A DNA stretch of 57,541 bases from a virus. Lineage: Duplodnaviria > Caudoviricetes. Location of the stretch: the IMG/VR virus record IMGVR_UViG_3300025128_000038, positions 1 to 57,541 of that record, one strand, 5' to 3'. Below, in pieces: positions 38,415-48,324 of this stretch; the first letter of the stretch is position 1, and each line of letters starts with the position of its first letter. The position numbers and the translations under genes are program-made. The notes beneath the pieces are model-generated. The model was not told the origin of the DNA. It worked only from the letters and a program-made list of their open reading frames with translations, and ran no database searches.

Positions 38415-39644
38415 TTATGCCCATTGTACCCACTCCGATTTTGGCTTTTTTGCTGGGTTATATTCTGAAATAACAGGCACTTGAAAAGTTATGCCATGTT
38501 TTGGGTGAGTAAACCAAAGCGCTTGCCTAGGTTCTTCATATGAAAACCTATTACTCATAGCATACTCGTCATATCCTTTAAGAGAACCATTAACAATGAT
38601 ACCTTTTAACGACAGGTATTGATGCCAATGTCCCATAACTACATAATCAATTGGTTTCTTTTGTGTAGCATACTCGGTCTTTACTTTGGCAACTCCTCTA
38701 GCGATTGGGCCTAACATACCAACCACTCCACTGCCCCCTTTAACACCAAGCCTATCTCCATGTGTCAGTAAATAATTAACACTATAGACTTTATAGTAAG
38801 CATCAAAACCAAATGGTATTTGAAATTGTACTCTAGTATCTTTTGCATTAGTATAATGTTTTTCAAGCATTGTATATAGCATCCAGTCAAAGCTAGTTGC
38901 CGCCGCTTGTTTGTGTCTGTATTGTTTAAACATTCTGCCATGATTACCAAATGCACAAGGTACAAATACTTTACCAAATACATCAGCTAATGAATCAATA
39001 GCCCACGTTAAATGATCAAACAGTTCAAGCACATGTTCAATATTAGTACCATCATTTGTCTCTGCAAGTTCTTCATGTATGTGTCCAGATATCATGTCAC
39101 CACCTAGAGCTACAACAATGCCTGGATATTTTGGATTAACCATATGGTTTGTACACAAATCAATTGTAGATTCTATAGTGCTCTTCAATCTTCTCTTAGC
39201 AATATCTCTATCAAAAGAGTTTAGATAATTTACTTCAGCAGGATTAACAACTTCTCCCCAATGTAAATCAGATAAGAACAAAGTAGGAACACCAGGTGCC
39301 CCTTTAGAAGGACTAGATTTAACCAACCATTTAGGTGGCTTAGCCTCTCTGTTTTTTAATTCAAATACTGTTTTGCGTATTTGTTCTGCGGTTATATTAT
39401 CTAAAGCTAATTCTTTTACTTGTCTTTTTAATTCAGAAATCTGTAAATCATAAGACATCTTTTGTTCAACCAATGCTGCTGATGTATCGGGGGCATTAAC
39501 ACTAGGTGCAATACCTTCCCTCTCAGCGGTATCCAATCTACCTAATAAGGTAGTTCGTGGAATGCCTAAAGTTTTTGCCGCTTCAGCTTTATTACCGTTG
39601 GCAAGTACTACTGCATTTACTGCTTCTTGTATTTTCTCTATCAT
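38415..39644 (-). CDS. calcineurin-like metallophosphoesterase with N-terminal HTH
   Basis: NKAEAAKTLGIPRTTL HTH; SDLH, GGD, GNHG, THGD, GHWH motifs. Confidence 0.85.
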   Translation of the reverse strand: MIEKIQEAVNAVVLANGNKAEAAKTLGIPRTTLLGRLDTAEREGIAPSVNAPDTSAALVEQKMSYDLQISELKRQVKELALDNITAEQIRKTVFELKNREAKPPKWLVKSSPSKGAPGVPTLFLSDLHWGEVVNPAEVNYLNSFDRDIAKRRLKSTIESTIDLCTNHMVNPKYPGIVVALGGDMISGHIHEELAETNDGTNIEHVLELFDHLTWAIDSLADVFGKVFVPCAFGNHGRMFKQYRHKQAAATSFDWMLYTMLEKHYTNAKDTRVQFQIPFGFDAYYKVYSVNYLLTHGDRLGVKGGSGVVGMLGPIARGVAKVKTEYATQKKPIDYVVMGHWHQYLSLKGIIVNGSLKGYDEYAMSNRFSYEEPRQALWFTHPKHGITFQVPVISEYNPAKKPKSEWVQWA

Positions 39645-39659
39645 ATGTTATCTCCTGTA

Positions 39660-40040
39660 TCATTTTTTAACATCCGAATCGTTTACAATTCGACCGAAGC
39701 TATCAACAAGTGCTCCCTTTGGTGCCCCCTTTAAAGAACCATCATCGTTATATGCTTCGGCTACTACTCTATAGTAAATTTCTTTTGAAGGATTAGTGGG
39801 TATGTTTCCATGCCACTCTCCAGTTCTCTCATACTTTCTTATATCAGCTAAGTCACTCTTAGCATCTAAATAATTTCTATAATGTTCTGCGTGATCTTTG
39901 TCTCTCTTGCCTAGTTTTCTAGATAATTTATAAGAAGAAGACATAGCTTCTTGCTTTTCTTTTTTTAATTTATCTAATTGTTTCTGGGTAAATTTCTCTA
40001 TTGGCTTAGTAGCCAATGGGTAGTCAGGGTGATATTTCAT
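39660..40040 (-). CDS. hypothetical protein
   Basis: AGGAG RBS; own promoter and structured leader. Confidence 0.65.
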   Translation of the reverse strand: MKYHPDYPLATKPIEKFTQKQLDKLKKEKQEAMSSSYKLSRKLGKRDKDHAEHYRNYLDAKSDLADIRKYERTGEWHGNIPTNPSKEIYYRVVAEAYNDDGSLKGAPKGALVDSFGRIVNDSDVKK

Positions 40041-40053
40041 ATTTGTCTCCTAT

Positions 40054-40092
40054 AAAAAGCTAGGGGCAAACTAACCGAAATTAATTCGCCCC
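40054..40092 (-). terminator. 13-bp UUCG hairpin plus U-tract (terminator/attenuator)
   Basis: GGGGCGAAUUAAU-UUCG-GUUAGUUUGCCCC then UAGCUUUUU; G-U pairs fix the minus strand. Confidence 0.65.
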
Positions 40093-40112
40093 TTGTGCCC
40101 CCCTTAATTCGT

Positions 40113-40142
40113 ATTATACCACGACAAGGGGGTTTAAGTCAA
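40113..40142 (-). promoter_or_regulatory. sigma70 promoter
   Basis: TTGACT-18bp-TATAAT with extended -10 TG. Confidence 0.65.
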
Positions 40143-40145
40143 GGG

Positions 40146-42068
40146 TTATTTCGTCGATATGTCAACTATTTCACACACTCCAGAACTACAAGCCAACTCC
40201 TGTGATCCTGTTGTGTTGTCCTCTTCCTCATAATTACTTAATTCTCTCCAATCAATATGCTGTGGCATGTCTTTTATGGCCTCTAAATATTGATTCTTAT
40301 CTATATCTTGATAGGGTGCTTGTTGATATACATGATCAGAGTATGGTAAAAAACTTATACCAGATATCTCATCAAAGTATTTGTATACCCATGCTCCCAC
40401 ATCCAACCACTCATGCTCTCTTACTGATACAGTACATGAAGGTTTGTGTTCACACCAATACCGTTGATATATTAGCCATGTTTCTAATTGATCTATTGCT
40501 GTTAAATCATTTCTAGTTATACAATCATTTGGTGCTTGCATTGGAAATGAAAAGACTACAACTGAATCGGGTTTAGTAATGTCTGGTTCGTATGGTATTC
40601 CTTTATCAATCATCAAGGCTGTTAAAGGATCTTTCTTATCTCCTCTAACTGTTCTTATATAATATTGGTTGTGTCTACTGTGTATACCAGATGCACTATC
40701 AACAAGTTGACTGACAGTACCACTAGGTTTAACACAAGTAATAGCTGTTGATTGTGGTATTCCTAATTTTTTAGAAAACTCTTTGTTAGTATCAACGGCT
40801 TCTTTTCTCAGCTTCATAAGTAATTCTTTTTTAGGATTGCTAGTAAGTCTATTGTCCATGATACCTGTTAAAGATACACCAAGTAATCTTTCTTCTTCAG
40901 TATTTTGTTTCCATATTTTACGAAGGTATTTAAAGTCAGTAAAAGTAGATTGAAAAGTTCCAAGTATAGTGGCCGCTCTCACTTTAGCTAAGAGATCTTT
41001 CTCACTATCAGTAGCACGAATAACTACTTCGGTTAAATTACAAAACTGATAAGGTCTTAAGATAATTTCAGAGCAAGGGTTAGTACCAAAGTCCCATTCA
41101 ATATCTCTTCTATTATTTTCAGATGCTTTATTTTTGGCGGCTTGCCTATTAAAAATGCCACGTTCTCCAGATTTAGAATCATATAAACTTTTCCATTCTT
41201 TAATAAATACAGACATATCGGGTTTACTTGTATATGTTGCTGAGTTATTAGAGAGGGCACGTTGGCCTTCTTCTAACCACCATTGTCCTGTCTTAGCACT
41301 ACGCATCCTATCATCTTGTAAGTTACTAAGAGATATTAAAGCAGATCTTCTTACTCCTCCAACAACAACTATCTCACCAACTTTACAAACAACATCATGA
41401 CATTCTAAAGAATTAAGTTGTCTGCCTGCCGCATTTTTAAAAGTCTTAATAGTAAAATCAAATAAACTAATTAAAGGTTGAGGGCCACTTGCCCTTCCTC
41501 CAAAAGTTTTTAAACGTGAACCAGCAGGGCGCACTCTAGTTACATCTATTTTTGGAACTTGTCCAGAATATAACATGGCAATCAATTCTCTAAATGCTCT
41601 TGCCCAACCTGCTTTACTGTCTTGAACTGCAATTATTGTATCACTATCTTCAAACTCTTCTGCAACTATAGGTAACTTTTCAGTGTTGCTTCTTTCAACA
41701 GAAAATCCTACACCTGTTCCACATAAAAGAATATACATAACTTCATCAAAAGATCTTATATGATCTATCGGTATGTAGCTACAATTATATCCTGCTGTAT
41801 TGTCTCTTTCCAATGCAGGCCCTGCCGTCATAAGAGCTCTCATTGATGGCATAACTTTTAAAGATAATATAGCATCTAACAATTCTTCTTTTATTTTATT
41901 ATTTAATTTATATTTAAAATTAGTTTCAATATGATTAACAACAAAACCAACGTACCTGCTTACAGTTTCTCCCCACGTTTCTCTTCTTTTTTCTTCATCT
42001 ATAAATCTAGCATATCTAGATGTGTGTATAAATTGTTGGTATTGCGTAGGCAGATGGTTATTGGTCAT
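40146..42068 (-). CDS. nrdJ: class II (B12-dependent) ribonucleotide reductase
   Basis: PSMRAL, YNCS, GGVRRSA, TNPCSEI, FCNL, KPSGT and C-terminal CSSGVC; no beta subunit gene seen. Confidence 0.93.
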   Translation of the reverse strand: MTNNHLPTQYQQFIHTSRYARFIDEEKRRETWGETVSRYVGFVVNHIETNFKYKLNNKIKEELLDAILSLKVMPSMRALMTAGPALERDNTAGYNCSYIPIDHIRSFDEVMYILLCGTGVGFSVERSNTEKLPIVAEEFEDSDTIIAVQDSKAGWARAFRELIAMLYSGQVPKIDVTRVRPAGSRLKTFGGRASGPQPLISLFDFTIKTFKNAAGRQLNSLECHDVVCKVGEIVVVGGVRRSALISLSNLQDDRMRSAKTGQWWLEEGQRALSNNSATYTSKPDMSVFIKEWKSLYDSKSGERGIFNRQAAKNKASENNRRDIEWDFGTNPCSEIILRPYQFCNLTEVVIRATDSEKDLLAKVRAATILGTFQSTFTDFKYLRKIWKQNTEEERLLGVSLTGIMDNRLTSNPKKELLMKLRKEAVDTNKEFSKKLGIPQSTAITCVKPSGTVSQLVDSASGIHSRHNQYYIRTVRGDKKDPLTALMIDKGIPYEPDITKPDSVVVFSFPMQAPNDCITRNDLTAIDQLETWLIYQRYWCEHKPSCTVSVREHEWLDVGAWVYKYFDEISGISFLPYSDHVYQQAPYQDIDKNQYLEAIKDMPQHIDWRELSNYEEEDNTTGSQELACSSGVCEIVDISTK

Positions 42069-42149
42069 AGAATTCCTCTAGTTTAAAAGTTATATTATAG
42101 ATGTGACGAAAGTATATTATATCATATTGGTAAAGATCTGTCCACAACA

Positions 42150-42632
42150 TTATACAAAAGTCCTCAAATATAATGTAGATAAATCTTGTTTATACAAGTC
42201 ATTGGTATCATCTATGATAACTCCTTTGATTTCCTTGTTTAAAAACTTACAAACTTGTACCATTATAATGGGACTGTCTGGGTATAGGTGTTGTATAATT
42301 GGTCTATATAAATACCTTAATTGAATTTGGGCTATTTTCCTAGACTTAAGCTTACACTCCATTATTATTATTTCTTTATTATCTCCGTGTGGTAAAATAA
42401 CTATATCAGATTGGCAATAACCTACGCCTCTTCTATCCTTATAATTATACCATTGACCATGCAAAACATTATCTTCTCCATAGATAGCTTTCATATATTC
42501 GGCCACTCTTTTTTCATACAAGACTCCAGCTCTCTTCACACCTGTCAACCTTGGAGAGGGTATAAATGACGGGCGTTCATCAAGAGCCTTTGCCCATTGC
42601 AATTTACTGATTACTAAACGTCTTTTCGACAT
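42150..42632 (-). CDS. PD-(D/E)XK nuclease-like protein
   Basis: YE...SDIVI...ECKL...QL..LY pattern. Confidence 0.6.
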   Translation of the reverse strand: MSKRRLVISKLQWAKALDERPSFIPSPRLTGVKRAGVLYEKRVAEYMKAIYGEDNVLHGQWYNYKDRRGVGYCQSDIVILPHGDNKEIIIMECKLKSRKIAQIQLRYLYRPIIQHLYPDSPIIMVQVCKFLNKEIKGVIIDDTNDLYKQDLSTLYLRTFV

Positions 42633-43879
42633 GGAAAAACCACATTCCCTTCTAGTTTTATGTAACCAGAATCTTCCATAGCCTTGATGGTTTGTTCTAA
42701 CTCACCAGGATTTGGAATCTTTCTCAGCAATTCTCGTTTAAATAATTTCAAAAGCATATGACTTCTTCCATTATTAAATAGTGTACCATGCAACCACGTT
42801 ACCATGTCATGTGCAATACGACCTGTGCGACCCATACCAAAACCTTCTAAAGCTTTAGGCATTTGTTCTTCAGCCGCAAACATTAATTCTTTTGTAAATT
42901 CCCAATCTTCTAACATTATCTTACGGGTGCCCCTCCTTGAAGCAGAGACAGCAATAGCAACTTTAATAAAGTGAGACACTCTACGTTGCACATATTCAGA
43001 TAAATGATTATCAGTAGGCTCTGGTGGTATGCCAGCTTTTATATCTTCATCTACAATTTCAAAACAATCTTCATCAAAAGTCATTGGCCCATACATCTTA
43101 GATATATCAGCTAAGTCTTCTCTTAAATTATCTATAGTATTTCCACTAACTTTTTTTTGAATTAATGATTGAGGTATCCTTTCTCCGTCATAATAAATAG
43201 GAAGCATACGAGATAATAATCCTTGAGATCTTGCATCTTCTGGTAAATTATCTACAAATTGTTCTGGTGTAGCACAAGCTAACCAATTAAGACATGGGCC
43301 TTTTATAATATATTCCCCAGATGTTTTAGTCTTGTGACTATATTCTTCTTTAGAATCCCACATATCTGTCATAAACATTTGAAGATATCTCTCATGCCTA
43401 CCCATAAACGTACCAAATTCTGATGTAACTAATGTCATTGATGAATCATAAAATTCATCCAACGCAGGTGTTGATAATCTTAAATCTAATCTAGTAATCT
43501 TAGTCATATCTACTGCTAATTTTTCTGGAGTAATTCTATCTTGTATCACATACAGTGGATAATTACGTAAGCCATACTGATCTAATCCAGAATTAAAATT
43601 TTGATCATCTTCAGTAGTGCCCACAGGTGTGGTTAATTTACTAAATATTTTTGTGAATGGTAGTATTAAACTTACTGATTTGTTTCGTCCTGGAGGGGCA
43701 ATTAATACTACAAATAAGTTGGATCTAATATCATAGTTAGCCATTGGATACCACACACGTCTACCCATAGCCCCAGCTACTGCACTTAATGCGCTCCATT
43801 GTGCAAATGGTTTTGGTATTGGGCTATCTGCTACTGCATCTACTGATGCCTTTATAAAATCTGTATAGTTTCTACTCAT
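42614..43879 (-). CDS. DUF3987-type ATPase, putative replicative helicase
   Basis: NLFVVLIAPPGRNKS Walker A variant, ITPEKL, SEFGTF, GLLSR; coupled to polA. Confidence 0.7.
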   Translation of the reverse strand: MSRNYTDFIKASVDAVADSPIPKPFAQWSALSAVAGAMGRRVWYPMANYDIRSNLFVVLIAPPGRNKSVSLILPFTKIFSKLTTPVGTTEDDQNFNSGLDQYGLRNYPLYVIQDRITPEKLAVDMTKITRLDLRLSTPALDEFYDSSMTLVTSEFGTFMGRHERYLQMFMTDMWDSKEEYSHKTKTSGEYIIKGPCLNWLACATPEQFVDNLPEDARSQGLLSRMLPIYYDGERIPQSLIQKKVSGNTIDNLREDLADISKMYGPMTFDEDCFEIVDEDIKAGIPPEPTDNHLSEYVQRRVSHFIKVAIAVSASRRGTRKIMLEDWEFTKELMFAAEEQMPKALEGFGMGRTGRIAHDMVTWLHGTLFNNGRSHMLLKLFKRELLRKIPNPGELEQTIKAMEDSGYIKLEGNVVFPCRKDV

Positions 43880-45419
43880 GTGGTTTCCATTTCTTCATGT
43901 TCTTCCAATCGAGACCTGTCTCACAATCAGAAGGAATAATCATTTCTTTTTCATTTACTTGTATAGGATTTTTCATACAAGCTAATATCTTAGGGATAAT
44001 TTCTTTTTCTTTTCCAATAGGAAACTGACCCAATATCGCATCATGTACTTGTCCTAATATTTCTACGCCTTCATTATTTAATTCATTCCATACACGATAC
44101 AATCCTAAGTTTAATAAATCTCCAATAGTTGATTGAGGAATATATGCAATTGCTTTACGTAATGTTGTTGCATCATCTAGTCTTCCCCAAAATTGTCTAC
44201 GTCTTCCTAGAGGAGTTGTTAAAGTACCTTCCAATTGTAATTGCTTGGCAGTATTATCATGCCACTTTCTAATGCCAGGAAATGCTCCTTGTATTTTGAC
44301 TAAGGAAGATGCACCAGTCCCTATAATCGTGCCCCCATCAATTAGTTCTTGGAAACCACCTTCCTTGTCTTGTTTGTGCCACCTCTCCAATGATGACAAC
44401 GCAACTACTCCACCATAGTAAAGTAATTGAAACCTCGTTGCATGTGAAATCTTAATCTTTAAATGTCTACCTAAAGATGTAGCAGATAAACCATAATTAG
44501 TTCCATGTCCTGCTCGTTTACACATATCTCTATAACTAAAATGTCCTATGTAAGGACGATCAGCTAATTCTCTATTTTGTGCTAAGTCAGAAGACCAACC
44601 CATATTGGGCCACACCATTTTAACTACTTGAGTATGTAAGTCTTCTCCTTCACACGCATTTACATATCCTTCATCACCTGCTACATATGCAGTAACTCTA
44701 GATTCTGCTTGTTCTAAGTCAGCATAAAATAAAATGTTACCTTCATCGGGTACAAATATTTCACGCATATCCTTTGTAATATTTTGTAAGTTAGTTCCTG
44801 TACTCCAAGGACTTTCTGAACTTGCCCATCTGCCTGTCTCAGTACCAGCTACTTTAAATGAAGTACGAAGTCTACCATCTTCATCTCTTTTACAATTAAG
44901 AATATTTAATTGTTTATCTATATCTCTCAAAGCTAAAATAGAATTACAAAAAGGACGAGCACGTGGGTATTCTTTTCTTAAATGTTCTAATGCTTCTTTA
45001 TCTGTAGATACTTTTTGTTTACCTTTAACATAAGAAATAACTGGAGGAAGCCCCAACCATTCATATAAAAAACTTTTTAATTGCGTAGGACTATTGTGGT
45101 TGAGATCCTTTTCCCATACAGCTTCAGCAAAAAGATTTAACATTCTCTCCACTAATACTCTGTTCTTGACAAGGGGGGCTCGGATTTCTCCAACCTTCTT
45201 CTCATCAACTTTAAGTCCACGCAACATCATATGCATTGCAGGTTTTAAACTCTGCAATTCAAACTCATATGTCTTTCTAGTTGTTTGGTCTAACTCATTG
45301 GATAGCTTACCCCATATCTCATGAGTAAGCGCACAGTCTAATCCACAATAAACCCATAAGGTTTGTTCTTTAGACAGTTCCTTCTGTGCTATCTCCGTGT
45401 TTCTTATTACTCTCATCAT
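43872..45419 (-). CDS. polA: DNA polymerase family A, polymerase subunit (carries ExoIII)
   Basis: TETGRWAS, NLQN, motif A DLEQAESR, motif B RDMCKRAGHGTNYG, PQST, motif C QVHDA; N-terminal YCGLD. Confidence 0.93.
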   Translation of the reverse strand: MMRVIRNTEIAQKELSKEQTLWVYCGLDCALTHEIWGKLSNELDQTTRKTYEFELQSLKPAMHMMLRGLKVDEKKVGEIRAPLVKNRVLVERMLNLFAEAVWEKDLNHNSPTQLKSFLYEWLGLPPVISYVKGKQKVSTDKEALEHLRKEYPRARPFCNSILALRDIDKQLNILNCKRDEDGRLRTSFKVAGTETGRWASSESPWSTGTNLQNITKDMREIFVPDEGNILFYADLEQAESRVTAYVAGDEGYVNACEGEDLHTQVVKMVWPNMGWSSDLAQNRELADRPYIGHFSYRDMCKRAGHGTNYGLSATSLGRHLKIKISHATRFQLLYYGGVVALSSLERWHKQDKEGGFQELIDGGTIIGTGASSLVKIQGAFPGIRKWHDNTAKQLQLEGTLTTPLGRRRQFWGRLDDATTLRKAIAYIPQSTIGDLLNLGLYRVWNELNNEGVEILGQVHDAILGQFPIGKEKEIIPKILACMKNPIQVNEKEMIIPSDCETGLDWKNMKKWKPHE

Positions 45420-45690
45420 CCCTCTCCTGTATGACTTCTATTAATTTATTAATAAACCATTTAGCTTTTTCTAAATCTTGTATTGGTTTCCCTTTGTGTT
45501 CATGTCTCCATAAATATTTAATAGCTGATGCTTGTAGGTAATATTTAAAGCCGTCTCCTTGACAAGATTTAATCGCATCAATACAACCAATACCACCTTT
45601 GTTATAGTGTGCTGGAAAATTTACTGGATCATTCTTTTCTTTTTCTTCAATCTTTTTTGATAATTCAATCATGTCTTTTACGCTTGTCAT
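45370..45690 (-). CDS. DUF3310-like protein
   Basis: DPVNFPAHY, CIDAI, KYLWR..HKG...DLEKAKWF. Confidence 0.85.
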   Translation of the reverse strand: MTSVKDMIELSKKIEEKEKNDPVNFPAHYNKGGIGCIDAIKSCQGDGFKYYLQASAIKYLWRHEHKGKPIQDLEKAKWFINKLIEVIQERDDESNKKHGDSTEGTV

Positions 45691-45958
45691 TTGCTATCCT
45701 CACTATATAAAAAAATTCTTCTTTTGCTTTTTCTGGATCCAACATGGCGAAGTCACATATTAAATCAAAATCATCGCTATCATTAATCAACCAATGAATA
45801 GCATCTTCTCTAAACTTTATGTATTCTTTATCGTTTCCTAAATAAGATATGTCTTGCATAGCTTGATCCAATACAGAACGCCAAAGTAATATCTCATTCT
45901 CAACCGCATAGTGCTCCTCTTCTATCGGCTTGGCCGCAAAGTATTGGGGACGTTTCAT
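45665..45958 (-). CDS. conserved phage hypothetical protein
   Basis: LWRSVLDQAMQD..A..W..DF..IC..A motif. Confidence 0.7.
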   Translation of the reverse strand: MKRPQYFAAKPIEEEHYAVENEILLWRSVLDQAMQDISYLGNDKEYIKFREDAIHWLINDSDDFDLICDFAMLDPEKAKEEFFYIVRIANDKRKRHD

Positions 45959-45964
45959 AAAGTT

Positions 45965-47062
45965 TTATTCCTCTGCTTTCGTACTCTTGGAAAAACTTGT
46001 TAGATTTTTCCATGCCCCCTCGTTAGTATAAATAGAACCTAAGTAACCCAAACTTTTTTCCATCTCTGGTTGGAGAGAATGTTGTGCATGCATTGTATCA
46101 TGCACAGTTCCTTTGACTTCTATTTTATATTTATGACGCAACCACGATATGTCATACGTTTGATTCTGTGCTACTTTCGTAACATTAGGGTTGCTTAGTG
46201 TTCGTTTAATTCTATCCCATACTAGTAATTCATTAGAATAATCCCAATAGTCTTTACTATCTTCTGTTTTAAATGGAACTACCATTGCTCTTTTTTTATT
46301 AGGCGCAAATCCTATACAAGTTATTTCACCAAATGCAGTTTCAATATCAAATGATAAAGGATTGTCTGCGTTGTTAAGTAGTTCACATTCAGTTAAGAAT
46401 TCATCTACTTCTTGTAGTGTTGGTTCAATTAATATTTCTCTTTCGGTATGTTCTATTTCAATATTATCTTTAGCACTAACTGCCTTCTTTAAATCTGCCG
46501 CTACGGTTGGCCTAAACGAATAGTTTTTTATTATAGATAGAGGACTGTAAGTAGGCATAATTTTATAAGGTCTTGTTGCCCACTCTGAATCTGCTTCAAG
46601 GAATGAACCTCTGTATGACCCGACTTTATCTAAACCATATAAAGACCATAGAGATATATTACCCATGGCTATAATAATTGTTGGATTATATTTATTTATT
46701 TCATCTTTTAATCTTTTTATATCTTGTTCATACTCTTCTTTTAAATATCCATATTGGGTGGGCACAAACTGTGACCTCCACTCTGTTTCTTTTTTTAATT
46801 TTTTGTATTCACTTCTTTTGTGAAAGAAATTCTGTGGGTTTTCTTGTGCAGGTTTTAATTGAATGGCATGAGTGAGCATAACAGTCTGTGCATTTATACC
46901 TGCGAATTTGCACATAGGATTCAGTACTTGCTGTATGCCTCCTGTATTTATTTTGTTAAGTCTAGATTCGGTAGTCGTAGGATATTCTAAAACTATGCAA
47001 ACAGAATCCCCAGAATCTGGAACCTGAGACTCAACCCGCTTATGTACTGCGTACTCACTCAT
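45965..47062 (-). CDS. UDG-like domain + 3'-5' exonuclease (N-terminal half of the split PolA)
   Basis: UDG-fold remnants (VLEYP, IIIAMGN, YRGS, PTYSP); ExoI SFDIET, ExoII QNQTYD, HDTM. Confidence 0.85.
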   Translation of the reverse strand: MSEYAVHKRVESQVPDSGDSVCIVLEYPTTTESRLNKINTGGIQQVLNPMCKFAGINAQTVMLTHAIQLKPAQENPQNFFHKRSEYKKLKKETEWRSQFVPTQYGYLKEEYEQDIKRLKDEINKYNPTIIIAMGNISLWSLYGLDKVGSYRGSFLEADSEWATRPYKIMPTYSPLSIIKNYSFRPTVAADLKKAVSAKDNIEIEHTEREILIEPTLQEVDEFLTECELLNNADNPLSFDIETAFGEITCIGFAPNKKRAMVVPFKTEDSKDYWDYSNELLVWDRIKRTLSNPNVTKVAQNQTYDISWLRHKYKIEVKGTVHDTMHAQHSLQPEMEKSLGYLGSIYTNEGAWKNLTSFSKSTKAEE

Positions 47063-47072
47063 GTATTACAAA

Positions 47073-47516
47073 TTACCTATTAATTATTTTCTTAATAGAC
47101 GCTTGTAATATATCTTTATTCTTACCAACCATCTCGTGCTTAACTACACCAGAAAAAGATTGGCCGATTGCTTGTTCAAGCAACTCACCAAAAGACGACT
47201 CTTGATCCATGCCTAGAGATCCTGTTAAGAAACTCTTTAAAGACATCGCTGGATTTTTTTGTTTCATAGCATTAGGTGTTGCCCAATACTCTAGTCTTGT
47301 TGGTTCTGCGTTAGCTATATCAGCTTGATCCAAGTCTGATTGAATCACTGCTGTAGCTTTCACATTTATCTTCACTAACGGAGTTTGGTTCTCACCAACT
47401 CTGTCGGAACGATAGCTAGTAATTACAAAATCGTAACTACCCTCTGGTAAAGTAACCGTTTGTGGTACTTCATTTGGTGACATACTTAAAAAGTCACTCA
47501 CGTCTGATCCTGTCAT
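47073..47516 (-). CDS. putative single-stranded DNA-binding protein
   Basis: GGAGG RBS before ATG 47516; LPEGSY motif; follows the AAA ATPase. Confidence 0.55.
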   Translation of the reverse strand: MTGSDVSDFLSMSPNEVPQTVTLPEGSYDFVITSYRSDRVGENQTPLVKINVKATAVIQSDLDQADIANAEPTRLEYWATPNAMKQKNPAMSLKSFLTGSLGMDQESSFGELLEQAIGQSFSGVVKHEMVGKNKDILQASIKKIINR

Positions 47517-47529
47517 GGTATATACCCTC

Positions 47530-48324
47530 CTATTTTGACATTGATTTTGACAACTTCTTCTTTGCGTTACCTTGAATTGCATCAAACAATTTTGCAAGAT
47601 CAAGTTCTGTATTAGGTTCTAATATATCTAATGCAGGAACTTTAAGATCCATTCTATGATCTGATACAGTTCTCAGTGATCGCTCTGTGCCTTTGCTAGA
47701 ACTCTTAGTGTCCACTCTACAAACACAGTTAAAGTATCGACCCAATTTTGTAGATAGCTTTGAGCCAACACTAGTTGGATATGATTTACTCACACCCAAA
47801 TCTCCTTCCATGTATTGCATGTGTGTTGTCACCACAACATTACACGGAACTTCCGAACCAGTTATATATTGAATGAGGTGTTGCACATCTCGTGCCGCCG
47901 TTCCCCATTCTGGTTGAGAAGGTTGGTCTGTTGGTTTCTTGTTATTAAAAACTAATGCACTACGTAATGCAGACTCTCCCATAAGGGTGAGACTGTCTAT
48001 CACAAGCACATCATCTTTAGTCCAAGTCTTAACAGAACCAAAATCTTCAGTACCGTCTTTCCAATTAGCAATTAAATTTGCCCCCTTTCTAAAAGCTTGG
48101 GCTTGTCCAATTGGATCTTTAAGTGTCACATAAGACACACGACTTACTGCTTCTGGTGTTAGTAAGTCTGGTAATATAGATAGACCATCGTCATAATCTA
48201 ATATGCGAAGGTTCTTTCCTGCGTTAGCTAATGAAGCTAGTGCCGCAGTTTTACCAGATCCGCTGTCGCCTACCAGTAATAGTTTAGTTACATCTGTTGA
48301 TGCATGTTGTTTAATGTTTGCCAT
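47530..48324 (-). CDS. AAA_24 / Sak4-like ATPase
   Basis: GDSGSGKT Walker A, ILDYD, LVIDSLT Walker B. Confidence 0.8.
   Translation of the reverse strand: MANIKQHASTDVTKLLLVGDSGSGKTAALASLANAGKNLRILDYDDGLSILPDLLTPEAVSRVSYVTLKDPIGQAQAFRKGANLIANWKDGTEDFGSVKTWTKDDVLVIDSLTLMGESALRSALVFNNKKPTDQPSQPEWGTAARDVQHLIQYITGSEVPCNVVVTTHMQYMEGDLGVSKSYPTSVGSKLSTKLGRYFNCVCRVDTKSSSKGTERSLRTVSDHRMDLKVPALDILEPNTELDLAKLFDAIQGNAKKKLSKSMSK

Noticed and set aside
45420-45964. Intron or split intein joining the two polymerase halves
   Set aside because: The gap is filled by two ordinary ORFs, polA has its own RBS, and there are no intein terminal motifs or recognisable group I core
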